Counted from the stretch's first letter, positions 1 to 11,532 are shown. The stretch: 34,057 nt of DNA from Chiloscyllium plagiosum (GCF_004010195.1 NC_057754.1:13454565-13488621); one strand, 5' to 3'. Notes: generated from the letters alone by a model not told the origin. Made by a program: numbers and translations.

Positions 1-369
1 CCAATTCCTGACCTTGTGTAGTAGTGTTCCTCGCTCTGGACTAGTCGGACAGGATTCAAGTTCTGCCTGTTGCAGAGGTATGTCACAGCGTCTCAGAACA
101 AGCTGATGAACAAACACACAGGAGAATACTGTTACAGCTTTATGGGTATTGCCGAGTGGTGCTCGTGTCCCGACATTCGGGCACAAAAGTCTGCGTGTAA
201 ATCCCTCAGAAGTGTTTCTTAATACATCTGAACAAAATGATTAAAATGGTTTTAGAATTGTGACCTGACGGAGAAAGAAGAGGTGTCAGTATTGAATTTC
301 ACAATTTAGGCCCAGGATGACTGAATGTACAGCCATTCGTGTTGATTGGAGTCATATTTCGCAGCAGTA

Positions 370-596
370 AAGGTTTATAAAATCAGAATAGTCATGGATC
401 GGGTGAGTTATCAGGGTTTTTCTCCAGGGTAGGGGCGTCCAAAACTAGAGGGCATTGGATGAAAGTGAGAGGGGAAATGTTTTGAAGAGACCTAGGAGGC
501 ACCTTTTCACACAGAGGGTGGTGTGTGTATGGAATGAGCTTCCGGAGGAAGAGGTGGAGGCTAGTACAACTACAGCATGTAAAAGGCATCTGGATA
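370..596 (+). mobile_element. CR1 LINE 3' ORF2 fragment (decayed)
   Basis: Encodes TRGH and FTQRVVCVWNELP...KRHLD, the CR1 ORF2 C-terminal motifs also seen in the younger copies in this window. Confidence 0.85.
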
Positions 597-1040
597 CTAA
601 CAGACCTGCTGAGCTTTTCCAACAATTTCTGTATTTGTTAAAAAATGCATTCATTTTAACACAGGTATTCTGAATACATTAAATATTTTATTTTTATAAT
701 GACGCAGGGATATATAAACATATCTTCAAATCGACCGAGACCATTTTCTGCTCAGGGTATGGCTCTGTGTAAGACAGCAGCAATGATGAACCAACATGGA
801 GCAGGGAATGTGATGGAGACATGGTTGGTCAATGTACAAGGGACCTCACATGGTTCAGATTGGGAGAGGATGACATTATTGTGTGATTCAACTCAGAGAG
901 GGAGAAAATGTATTCTGCCCGAGAAGGAATGGCCTATTGCACTCTTTCTCCTTCATTGTTACTCATCACAGCAACGTGTGCAAGCTAAAAAAAACACCTC
1001 TACGGTCATTATTGCCTTTCTCATTTTTAAAGAATTCATG

Positions 1041-1354
1041 CAGTGTGAAAACAGGCCCTTCGGCCCAACATGTCCTCACCAAGCTTCCACAAAGTAACCT
1101 TCCCAGGCCCGTTCCACGAGATTTACCACGATTAATGCACCTAACCTAGAAATCCCTGAACACTACGGACAATTTCGCAAGACCAATCCACATAACGTAC
1201 ACAGTTTGAGGAAACTGGAGCACTCATTAGAAGCTCACGCAGACAAAGGAAGAATGTGAAAACCCCACACAGACTGTCGCCCGAGGCTGGAATCGAGTCC
1301 ACTTTCCTGGTGCTGTGAGGCAGCAGGGCTAACCACTGAGTCAACGTGCCACCC
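1041..1354 (-). mobile_element. HE1-like tRNA-derived SINE
   Basis: Minus strand begins GGGTGGCACGTTGACTCAGTGGTTAGC (tRNA A-box) and ends GGGCCGAAGGGCCTGTTTTCACACTG; similar to the copies at 10113, 15963, 24619 and 28587. Confidence 0.85.
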
Positions 1355-1829
1355 TTGGGTGATCCCTGACCAGAATTCATTGGAATCTCCTCACTGCCTA
1401 ATGCAAAGGGAATTCAGCCAAATTCAACGGTTCCAGGATAAAATCCCATTGCTAGTAGCTTGTGTGAATAGAATATCTTCAGAAGCAAAATACCGTTTTG
1501 GACAATCTCTCAATTTTTCCTTTTGTCATGAGTTACACTAATATCTGGACAAAGTTCTTTCAACTTCAAATTGCAGAGATTTTGTTTATCGTGTGTGTGG
1601 GTGTGCTTGCGTGCACGCACGCGCACGGCAGTGTTTTAAGAAAGGGAAACATTGATTCTTTATTTGCAATATCTAAACAGTTTACCATTCATCATCTCAT
1701 CATTGTTTGAGTCACATTTCTCTGAATCATAAACGTGCGATTTTAGCAGATTAAAGAAAGTTTGTGCGAAGATTTGTAGCTCGGGTGCTCGTTGTTGTTG
1801 TTCTGTTCGCCGAGCTGGAAGTTTTTGTT

Positions 1830-1869
1830 GCAAACGTTTCGTCCCCTGGCTAGGCGACATCATCAGTGC
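1830..1869 (-). ncRNA. Minimal type-I hammerhead ribozyme motif in PLE terminal repeat
   Basis: GCA-CUGAUGA-U-GUCGCCU AGCC AGGGGAC-GAAAC-GUU-UGC: conserved core, helix II and a short helix I. Confidence 0.7.
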
Positions 1870-2128
1870 TTGGGAGCCTCCTGCGAAGCGCTTCTTTGAT
1901 ATTTCCTCCGGTGTTTATAGTGGTCTGTCCCTGCCGCTTCCGGTTGTCAGTTTCAGCTGTCTGCTGTAGTGGTTGGTACATTGGGTCCAGGTCGATGTGT
2001 TTGTTGATGGAGTTTGTGGATGAATGCCATGCCTCATGCCTCTGAAACTGACAACCGGAAGCGGCAGGGACACACCACTATAAACACCGGAGGAAACATC
2101 AAAGAAGCGCTTCGCAGGAGGCTCCCAA

Positions 2129-2168
2129 GCACTGATGATGTCACCTAGACAGGGGACGAAACGTTTGC
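2129..2168 (+). ncRNA. Minimal type-I hammerhead ribozyme motif in PLE terminal repeat
   Basis: GCA-CUGAUGA-U-GUCACCU AGAC AGGGGAC-GAAAC-GUU-UGC. Confidence 0.7.
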
Positions 2169-2248
2169 AACAAAAACTTACAGCTCGGCGAACAGAACCA
2201 CAACAAATTTGCTAATGTTATTACTAATACCATCTTCTATATCATTAA

Positions 2249-3182
2249 NNNNNNNNNNNNNNNNNNNNNNNNNNNNNNNNNNNNNNNNNNNNNNNNNNNN
2301 NNNNNNNNNNNNNNNNNNNNNNNNNNNNNNNNNNNNNNNNNNNNNNNNNNNNNNNNNNNNNNNNNNNNNNNNNNNNNNNNNNNNNNNNNNNNNNNNNNNN
2401 NNNNNNNNNNNNNNNNNNNNNNNNNNNNNNNNNNNNNNNNNNNNNNNNNNNNNNNNNNNNNNNNNNNNNNNNNNNNNNNNNNNNNNNNNNNNNNNNNNNN
2501 NNNNNNNNNNNNNNNNNNNNNNNNNNNNNNNNNNNNNNNNNNNNNNNNNNNNNNNNNNNNNNNNNNNNNNNNNNNNNNNNNNNNNNNNNNNNNNNNNNNN
2601 NNNNNNNNNNNNNNNNNNNNNNNNNNNNNNNNNNNNNNNNNNNNNNNNNNNNNNNNNNNNNNNNNNNNNNNNNNNNNNNNNNNNNNNNNNNNNNNNNNNN
2701 NNNNNNNNNNNNNNNNNNNNNNNNNNNNNNNNNNNNNNNNNNNNNNNNNNNNNNNNNNNNNNNNNNNNNNNNNNNNNNNNNNNNNNNNNNNNNNNNNNNN
2801 NNNNNNNNNNNNNNNNNNNNNNNNNNNNNNNNNNNNNNNNNNNNNNNNNNNNNNNNNNNNNNNNNNNNNNNNNNNNNNNNNNNNNNNNNNNNNNNNNNNN
2901 NNNNNNNNNNNNNNNNNNNNNNNNNNNNNNNNNNNNNNNNNNNNNNNNNNNNNNNNNNNNNNNNNNNNNNNNNNNNNNNNNNNNNNNNNNNNNNNNNNNN
3001 NNNNNNNNNNNNNNNNNNNNNNNNNNNNNNNNNNNNNNNNNNNNNNNNNNNNNNNNNNNNNNNNNNNNNNNNNNNNNNNNNNNNNNNNNNNNNNNNNNNN
3101 NNNNNNNNNNNNNNNNNNNNNNNNNNNNNNNNNNNNNNNNNNNNNNNNNNNNNNNNNNNNNNNNNNNNNNNNNNNNNNNNNN
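2249..3182. other. Assembly gap (N run)
   Basis: Run of N bases. Confidence 1.
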
Positions 3183-3526
3183 TGTTGTGGTTCTGTTCGC
3201 CGAGCTGGGAGTTTTTGTTGCAAATGTTTCGTCCCCTGGCTAGGCGACATCATCAGTGTTTGGGAGCCTCCTGCGAAGCGCTTCTTTGTTGTTTCCTCCG
3301 GTGTTTATAGTGGTCTGTCCCTGCCGCTTCCGGTTGTCAGTTTCAGCTGTCCGCTGTAGTGGTTGGTATATTGGGTCCAGGTCGACGTCTTCTTTTTGCA
3401 GTTGTGTACTGCAGTGTGTTGTGGCCCTTTTGAATAGTGTCCTGATGCAGCTTCGTTTGTGTGTGTTGGGGTGGTTACTTTCATAGTTTAGGACTTGGTC
3501 TGTGTGTGTGGCTTTCCTGTATACCC
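3183..3526 (-). mobile_element. Penelope-like element, internally deleted (RT thumb joined to endonuclease tail and terminal repeat)
   Basis: Minus strand 3389-3526 encodes VYRKATHTDQVLNYESNHPNTHKRSCIRTLFKRA; 3183-3388 is near-identical to 1793-1995 and carries a hammerhead core with GAAACAUU. Confidence 0.85.
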
Positions 3527-3553
3527 TGACTTTTTCCTAAAACAGACCCTGAC

Positions 3554-3633
3554 CCAGTCTGAGACCGATATCATCGGCCATATCACCAGCCTAGTTACAT
3601 TTAATATTTGTTGTGAGCAGTGGAGGAGTGGGA
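3554..3633 (-). other. Candidate exon / conserved duplicated block, copy 1
   Basis: 70/80 identical to 29007-29086 without indels; preceded on the minus strand by CTGTTTCCTTTTGTAG and followed by GTCAGG. Confidence 0.35.
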
Positions 3634-3656
3634 CTACAAAAGGAAACAGTGACCCA

Positions 3657-4370
3657 AAAAGCCGGGGAACTATAGACCGGTGAGCCTGATGTCAGTGGTG
3701 TGTAAGTTGTTGGAGGGGATTCTGAGGTATAGCATTTACATACATTTGGGGAGGTAAGGGCTGATCGGTGTAGACAACGTGGCTTTCTGCATGGGAAATC
3801 ATCTCATTAATTTGAGTGAGTTTTATGAAGAGGTGATAAGGAAGATTGATGAAGGCAGTTTGGTAGAGATTGTCTCTATGGATCTCAGCAAGGTGTTCAT
3901 AACATTCCGATTGGCAGACAGATTTACACGGATGTCCCAGGACTGGAGGTTTGAGCTGTAGGTAGAGGTTGATTAGGTTGAGTTGTTTCCCCCTGGAGTG
4001 TCAGAGGATGAGGAGTGACATGATAGACGTTTATAAAACCATCAGGGGCATGGATATTCTGAACAGCCACGTTCTGCTCCCCAGCATATGGGAGTCCAGA
4101 ACAAGAGGGCATAGGTTGAAGGCGAGGGGGGAATGGTTTAGAACGGAACTGAAGGTAAATGTTACATACAGAGAGGTGTGTGTGTATAGAAAGTGCTGTC
4201 AGAGGAAGTGGTGAAGGCGGTTACAATCACACATTTTAAAAATATCTGAAAGAGGAGGGATATTGGTCAAATGCTGGCAAATGGGACTAGATCAGATTTG
4301 ACATCTGATTGGATTGAACAGATTGGTTTTACGGTTCTGTTACCACGCTGCATGACTCTCTGATTCTATA
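3657..4370 (+). mobile_element. CR1 LINE fragment with internal deletion
   Basis: PGNYRPVSL...MDLSKVF followed by a jump (~3915) to the C-terminal RTRGH region and a 3' tail. Confidence 0.85.
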
Positions 4371-4834
4371 AGAGGGACGACAAATAATTCTGAAGGTACC
4401 TTTCAAGTCAGAATTCTCTTCACTGGAAGTTTATCGTGCCTTTATGTTCACTTTGATTGAAAGCTGCGCTAATTAAATATTTGACATAGAAATGATTCAT
4501 GGATAATGGGACGCAGGCAGGAAAGTGGAGCTGAGACCCCAACCTGATCAGCCACAATCTTAGTGCCTGGTGGAGAAGGGTCAAGTCTCTAATGACCCAC
4601 TCCTGCTCCTCAGTCCCATATTTCTGTGTTCCATTCAGCCCCTGAAACCTGCGAGACAGGAGTAGTTGGAGGCTAATGCTGCTTTCACCTGGTGCGCAGA
4701 AACAGAGGAGACCATTCGGCCCTTCTATTGACATCACAGAGCTTAACAAAACTGGACTTAATGGGAATCAGAGTAACCTCTCCAGTGTTTGGAGTCAAAT
4801 ATGGCACAAAGGAACATGTTCATCATCTCAGTCC

Positions 4835-5085
4835 TGGGTCACCTCTGTGGGAGATCCTCAGGGTAGCTTCCTCTTCACAAACATCTTCAACTGCTTCATC
4901 AATGTATCCCCGCCCCCACCCTCCTCACCAAAAGATCAGAAGTGGGGATAGAAACTGGAGATTCCACAATGTTCAGAACATTTTGGCCCCCTGTCAGCTC
5001 TTGAACTGGTCTGTGTCCATGTGCAGCAAGGCCCAGACTCCATTGAAACTTGTGCTGTTAAAGGGTCCATAACATTCATGTAATA
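4835..5085 (+). mobile_element. Old CR1/L2-group LINE RT fragment
   Basis: GDPQGS...IFNCFIN resembles the RT GVPQGS...IFSCFINDL motif. Confidence 0.5.
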
Positions 5086-5109
5086 ACACTGCCTGACTCT
5101 GCACATTGC

Positions 5110-6155
5110 CACAGGAAAATAAGAGTTCATTCAGCACCTCACGTTGGTTTCACAGGAAAATGAGAAAGTCATTCAGCCCATTGACTCTATTGGAGAAGAT
5201 CAGGGACAGCCCATTCAGTGCCTCCAGCCTATTACTCAGGAAGTGAAGGAGTCTAGTGTGATGGGCTACAACAAAGCACCTCAAAAATATTTGAAGGCAG
5301 TAGCCTAGATTCTAATATTTTCTTATTTTAAAGGAAATGTGAAGTGTCCCTTTCAGATGAATGCGACTGGTCAAACTACTCGGTGTGAAGTAAAACACCA
5401 TTTATATAAACACGAAAGATAAAATGAAACCAAAGAAAGAGGAATTTAGAATAACTTAATTCTATTGGAAAAGTTAACAGAATAATAGATCGTAGAGCTA
5501 TTACTGATGAACTGTTCTGATATACGAAAATCCCATAAACACAGCCCTTGGCAAAACTGAATATTCAGTCACAGATTGCCACAAACATTTCTCCAATCCA
5601 GGAGTTAAAAACAGCAGCAAGAGAAAATTCAGAGAGAGTAGCAGCTAGGAGACACTCACTGAACCGTCCAACTCTGTTGAGAACCCAATAGTTTCTGATG
5701 TTGCTGAGAAACCAAAACCCAAAGATCCTAATCTGTGAGAGCTGGCCAAATCCATTCAGGCTGCATTAAAATAAACCCAAGGCATCCCTCGCTGTTTACT
5801 CAAGTAGTCTTAACTAACCAGCTTCGTAATGATCATTCAACCTCTCTCTTAAAAGAAACCAGGACAAAATAACCTCTTAAAGCTACAGCATCATCACTCT
5901 TGTCAGTACATCGACTTGTCAAACAGGAACCAGGGGTAACCAGTCAGGCCCTTGGCTCTGTCCAATTGGACAAGGAAGAAGTCATTCAGTCCCTTGAGTC
6001 AATTACACAGAAACAGAATGTGACCATTCAGCCCTTTGAGTCACTTACACATGAACAAGAGGAGGCCATTCAGCCAGTTGACCCACTTATACAGGAAAAT
6101 TAGGAGGCCATTCCCACCTCAATGCACTAACACATGGGTAGAATGAGGTAATTGA
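5110..6155 (+). repeat. Diverged 42-bp minisatellite split by a solo LTR
   Basis: CATTCAG-type core recurs at 5128, 5170, 5212 and 5941, 5983, 6025, 6067, 6109, an exact 42-nt period. Confidence 0.8.
5257..5898. mobile_element. Solo LTR
   Basis: Termini TGTGATG...CATCAC(T), flanked by near-TSD CTAG/CTTG; no coding remnant. Confidence 0.65.
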
Positions 6156-6161
6156 TGCTGA

Positions 6162-6266
6162 TCCTGATTAATGGCTCATGCCCGAAACGTCGATTCTCCT
6201 GCAGTGCTTTTCCAGCATACCATTGTCTACTCTGATCTCCAAAATCGGCAGTCCTCACAGTCTCCT
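6162..6266 (+). mobile_element. PLE terminal-repeat fragment with decayed hammerhead
   Basis: CTGATTAATGGCTCATGCCCGAAACGTCGATTCTCCTG, matching the reverse complement of the 13696-13825 region. Confidence 0.75.
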
Positions 6267-7189
6267 ACATAATGCGCTAACATGATGAACAATTGGAGCA
6301 GAGGCTGCACAGACAGACTGCTCCACGTTGTCCCTCGTGGCCCCATCACTCATGATACACACGTGGGACTTTAACGTGGTTTACGCGGTGAGGAGGGAAG
6401 CCACATGTCTTGTGTGAAGTCTCAAGAAGGTATCCTTCATTTCCCAGAAAACAGCCTGCTGTTCTCTGTGTCGAGCGGAAACCGGTGGGAATGGCTACCT
6501 GTTTCAGATCGAAGTTATTGTGGCTGCTGCTGGGGATTGTGAGCAACATGACGTTCAGTACGGGTTCACACGCCGACTGCACAATAACATGGGGAGAGTT
6601 AATAAAGGCATATAAACTATTAGGAAAGTCACGTTAGACTGATGAATGGACTCTCTAAGTTCAAATAATGCTGACCTTATTCATGTTGATCTTGTCCAGT
6701 GCACGTCCTGTTCAGTGAAACCTGTATGCCTTACTCTGTCCAAGTCTATTTCCACCCTATGATCTGCCTGGCCATGCTTGCTATGATCTGCCTCCACTGC
6801 TCATAAATAAAGTGTTTCCCTGTACTGAGGTACTCGTGACAATAATTCAAACCAATCAATCCTGGATAAAGTATGGAATTTCTCACCCCATCAATGTATC
6901 TTTTGGAAATAAGTGATCGCTGCCACTCCTCGTGTTTTAGCATCACAATTTCTTCGTCTCTCACAGCTCTACAGATTAAACACTCAGCTTTCTTTACTCG
7001 ATCTTCATGTTACAATCACCCATGACTGTGGTAAGGAGATCATTCCTTACAAAGGAGATAAAATCTGTACAGAGTGCCCCATATGCTCTCTCAGCAAGCC
7101 TCTACAGCTGCAGGAAGATGGCATTACTTCGTATTCGAATCATCATAAACTGAAGGACAGCATGCCATTGACTGCACCCATGACTTACA

Positions 7190-8356
7190 CAGGGTTTGAT
7201 TCGGAGAAGTCCACATAGACTTGTGAGTGGGCGATCTTGCTTCTCAAATTTGTTAGAGTTCTTTGATGAAGTGACCCGGAGGTTTGACGCGGACAGAGCG
7301 GTAAACGTAGTCTCTATGGATTTCAGTAAGGACTTTGATAAGATTCCACACGACAGGCTGCACTGGAAGGTGACATCACGTGGAATGCTGGGGGAACTGG
7401 CCAATTTGATACACAGTTGGCTTGATGGTAGGAAGCAGAGGGTTTAGTGGAAGGATGCTTGTCAGACTGGAGGCTGGGCCCATTGCTGTTTGTTATCTAT
7501 GATTTGGTTGAGAATGTACAAGGCAGGATCAGTAAGTTTGCAGATGACACTAAAGTAACTGGGAGCGTTATCAGTGAGGAGGTTTATCAGAAATTGCAGC
7601 AGGACCTTAATCAGGTGGGGAAGTGGGCCAAGAAATGGCAAATGGAATTTAATATAGATGTGTGAGGTCTTGGATTTTGGAAACTCAAATCAAGGTAGAA
7701 GTTTCACGGCGCATGGGAGGATCTTAAGGGGTGTAGTGGGCAGAGAGACCTTGGCGTTCATGTGCACGGTTCCCTGAGAGTGGGGTCACAGGTAGACAGG
7801 GCAGTGAAGAAGGCTTTTGGCACATTGGCCTTCATCAGGCAGGATATTGAGTATAGAAGTTGGGGAATTTATGTTGCAGTTACACAGGACTTTGGTCAGG
7901 CCGCACTTGGAGTATTGTGTTCAGTTTTGTCACCTTGTTATAGGGAGAATGTTATTAAATTAGAAAGAGTGCAGAAGACTTTTGCAAGGACGTTGCCAGG
8001 ACCCAATGATCTGAGTTATAGGGAGAGGTTAGACAAGCTCGGACCTTATCTTTAGAGTGTAGGAGACTGAGGGAGTCCTTATAGAGCTGAATAAGATCAC
8101 GATGGTAGGGTTAATGCTCTCAGTCTTTTTCCAATATTTAGAGAATCGAGGATTAGAGAGGATCAGTTAAAGGTTAAAGGGGAAGGAAGAAAAGGGAACC
8201 TGGGGCGGCACTTCTTTACACAGAGGCGTGGTACGTGGATGAGCTGCCAGCAGATGTGATTGAGGGGGAGACATTAACAACACTTCAAAAGCATTTGGAT
8301 AAATATGTGGATAGGAAAGGGCCAACTGCAGGAAAATTGGGTTAGCACGGATGGAC
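7190..8356 (+). mobile_element. CR1 LINE RT region to 3' end (decayed)
   Basis: GRSCFSNLLEFFDEVT, MDFSKDFDKIPH, ISKFADDTK, KWQMEFN, LERVQK motifs. Confidence 0.92.
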
Positions 8357-9131
8357 ATTTACAACGTGGAGTCGAACCCCTCTGTTAATTAAAACCAAAC
8401 ACCCAGACAAGATCGCCTAACCTCATAATCTGTTAAAATATGAGCGACACAGATCTCCTACATTCCACTATTTAAACAAAAGTTAACAAGCTGGATTCTT
8501 AACTTTAATAGTGAACACTAAACAACAACTATTCACAAATACAAGCCCCTCTTTTCTTAGCTACTTACTATCTGACTCCGACTCTGTAAAAATATTCTGT
8601 TCTAACAACCCACATATTAAACATTACAATCTTAAGACCACACTGTCTCTATCTTCCCCGCTGTGTTCACTCTTCCAGCTGCTGATCTCCCTGAGTCATG
8701 TTTTTTTTTTACTGCAAGAAGGTTTACATGAACATGAATCTTTGATAGAGAGTGTTTGAAATGGCCAGTTCGCAATCCTGCTCTACAGCAGTTACTCTGC
8801 TGTTGGATGGCAGTGGCTCTCCCTCTATTGTTCAAATGCTGGGTTTATATACTCCCCATGATATAATAATTCTCATAATTTGATTGCTTTCCAGGTGTCC
8901 AAACAATATTATTCAAATTCCGTTGGCCTCTGGTATCCTGAGCATTATTTAAACTCTTTGGTTGTATTTGAATTGTTGTCAAAACAGCTACCAAAACTCA
9001 GGTATCCATTTCCCAGCTAATAGTGACATGTGGAACAGTGTGACCTTTAGCTGGCATCTGTGGCTGTACTTTCTATTCAGCAAAACCCATTCTGTCTTAA
9101 AGTGACCAGACATGCTTTCCGCTTCATAACA
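8357..9131 (-). mobile_element. 3' LTR of Gypsy element
   Basis: Minus strand starts TGTTATG directly after polypurine tract GGAAGGGGGGAGG (9132-9144); distal end approximate. Confidence 0.7.
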
Positions 9132-10112
9132 CCTCCCCCCTTCCGAAAAGAAAATTAACCATCAGAATGAAAAGATGTCATCATTCCTTTTCCTCATATT
9201 AATTCTTAATCCCATTATTATGAAATACAGAAGTATTAATCTCAGCTATACCATTCATATTAATTCTGCACACCTATATAACACTGGAATAAGTCAAACC
9301 TTATCTAAATGTTTTCCTTTAAATCCCCGATAACACATCTGCTATCACATTTTAGGACCAACAGCATGTACATTTTGTAAGTTTAAAGTCGGTGTGATAA
9401 GATTCCAATGAAATAGTCTCATATTCTGGTCTTTAAATATTCCAAAAAAAGGGAGAGGTTTGTCATTGTGCACAATCATCTCCGACAATTTGTTTGTCAT
9501 ATACACATTAAAATACTGTCAGGCCAGTGCAAAACTTAATCATTATTTGTCAATAATGAAGATGTTGTACTTTTTTTTCTGGTGGATATTGAGTTTTTTC
9601 GACAAGTAGCTAATTGGACATTCAATTCCATCATCATCTTTCTATATCAATACATCTCCAACCCCTATATCCCTAGCATCAAATACAATTTTCAAAGGGT
9701 TTCAAAATATTTGGTGTAGCTAAAACTGGTGCAGTGATTAGTCCTGTTTTAACATTTTCAAATGCATCCTGGCATTGTTCTGTCACCGCAATTCTGTATT
9801 CTTCTTTAATAAATTCATCAGTGGTGCCAATACGCTGCTGAATTTTGGAACAAACTTCCGATAGAATCCACTCAGTTCCAAAAATAGAACCAACTCTTTC
9901 TTCGAGGATGGTCGTGGTAATTCCTCAAAGCTCTTCGTCTTTGTGTTCCATCGGGTCAACCTTCTATGTCCAATGTAATGTCCCAAGAACATCTAACTTC
10001 GCGAATTCTGTTTTCTTTAAGTTTATTACCCAGTTTGCTTCTTGTAATCGTTCAACATGCTCTGCCAAGCGTAACATGTGAAATTTCAATCACTTGCTAA
10101 TCGTCACTTGGT

Positions 10113-10384
10113 GGGCGGCACGGTGGCACAGTGGTTAGCACTGCTCCCTCACAGCGCCAGAGACCTCAGGCGACTCTGTGTGGAATTTGGACATTCTCCC
10201 CGTGTCTGCGTGGGTTTCTGCCAGGTGCTCCAGTTTCCTCTCACAATCCAAAAATGTACAGGTTATGTGGATTGGCCATGCTAATTTGCCTGTAGTGTTC
10301 GGGGGGGTGGGTTGCGCTTCGGCGGGTCTGTGTAGACTTGTTGGGCCGAAGGGCCTGTTTCCACACTGTAAGTAATCTAACCTA
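10113..10384 (+). mobile_element. HE1-like SINE inserted in Gypsy RT
   Basis: GGGCGGCACGGTGGCACAGTGGTTAGC head and GGGCCGAAGGGCCTGTTTCCACACTGTAAGTAATCTAA tail; B-box segment deleted. Confidence 0.9.
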
Positions 10385-11489
10385 GGTCACTACATCATAC
10401 AGATAAACTGTACAATTTGTTCATCTGACCATAACTCTGTTCCTTAGTCACTAAACCTGGCTTTGAAGGGAATTCCTACCACTGGTGGCAATGCTAATAC
10501 GTCATCCCCACGAGGAATCGTCAAAATTTCAGGTTTTTTATCTGCCATGTGCTTCATTCTATGCAGTGCCCTGCAGGTGCTGTTTAGCTCACTCACCTCA
10601 CATACATAATTCAAGTGTGAGATCTCTGACTTCGGTCCTCTCAATTTACATTTAATTAATTCCAAAGGACCTCTCACTTCATGTACGAATATTAACTCAA
10701 AGGAAGTAAACTGAGTAGATTTATTTGGGGCAAATAGTTTTTGTCTAATGGCAAGCATTTTAATGAGACGCCTTTATTCCAATCATTCGGGTAATCCTGA
10801 TAGTGCGCTATTAACATGGTCTTCAGCGTCTGATGATACGTTTCCAAGGCTCCCTGGGATTCAGGATGGGACGCCCTTCATTTGAAGTGCTGTATGCCTA
10901 AGCTATCATGACTTCCTTAAACAGCTGAGCAGTAAAATGAGTCACTTGGTCTGACTGAATGTCACTGCGGAGCCCACAGTGAGTAAAGAACGCTGCCAAC
11001 TCCTCCACATCCCTTGTTACCTTAACACTCCATAATACAATTGCCTCTGGAAATCTGGTAGACGCATCCATTATGGCTGGCAAATACTGGTTTCCACTTT
11101 TATTTTAGAATGGGGAGCTGCACAATTAATCATAACCCACGTGAAATGTTCTGCGAATGCAGGAATTGGCAATAGGTGCTGGTTTTAGTACTGCCTGTGA
11201 CTAACCTACCATTTGGAATGTTTGACATGTACAACAAAAAATAACCATGTCCGTGTGCATTCCAGGCCGCTAGAAATGCCTCTGTACCTTAGCCTGAGTC
11301 TTCTGTACACCTAGGTGACACCCTGCAGTTAGTTTATGTGCTACCTGCAACACTGTACGCTACCTATAACACAATCTGGTGCACTTCGGCCGATTTCCCT
11401 TCTGCACTCGCCTATCGGGGTCTCCATTTTAATTTTAGGATTCTATCATTAAGTTAATAACGTTCGACGATATATTCTGATTCCTTTTC

Positions 11490-11532
11490 TGTGTGTGTGC
11501 ATATGTATGTGTGTGTGAATGTGTGTGTATAT
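11490..11532. repeat. (TG)n/(TA)n microsatellite
   Basis: Imperfect TG dinucleotide run. Confidence 0.8.

Larger units (their letters stand above)
1745..2206. mobile_element. Penelope-like element remnant with inverted terminal repeats
   Basis: ~1790-1956 is the reverse complement of ~2042-2206; minus strand 1960-2035 encodes EAWHSSTNSINKHIDLDPMYQPL, the C-terminal end of a PLE GIY-YIG endonuclease. Confidence 0.85.

Noticed and set aside
70..110. DAVTYLC resembling an Ig F-strand motif on the minus strand
   Set aside because: Immediately preceded by an in-frame stop, and no matching upstream strands
791..803. 13-bp match CCAACATGGAGCA shared with ~33377-33389
   Set aside because: Too short, and flanking similarity is unconvincing
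699..1097. 132-aa ORF
   Set aside because: No recognisable domain, and it runs into a SINE tail
2209..3253. Long ORFs of 338-344 aa
   Set aside because: Artefacts of translating the N gap
5110..6155. CRISPR-like regularly spaced motif
   Set aside because: Whole units are homologous (tandem repeat), there are no unique spacers or cas genes, and the context is vertebrate
10113..10170. tRNA gene-like sequences
   Set aside because: These are SINE heads attached to SINE bodies, not complete tRNA cloverleaves
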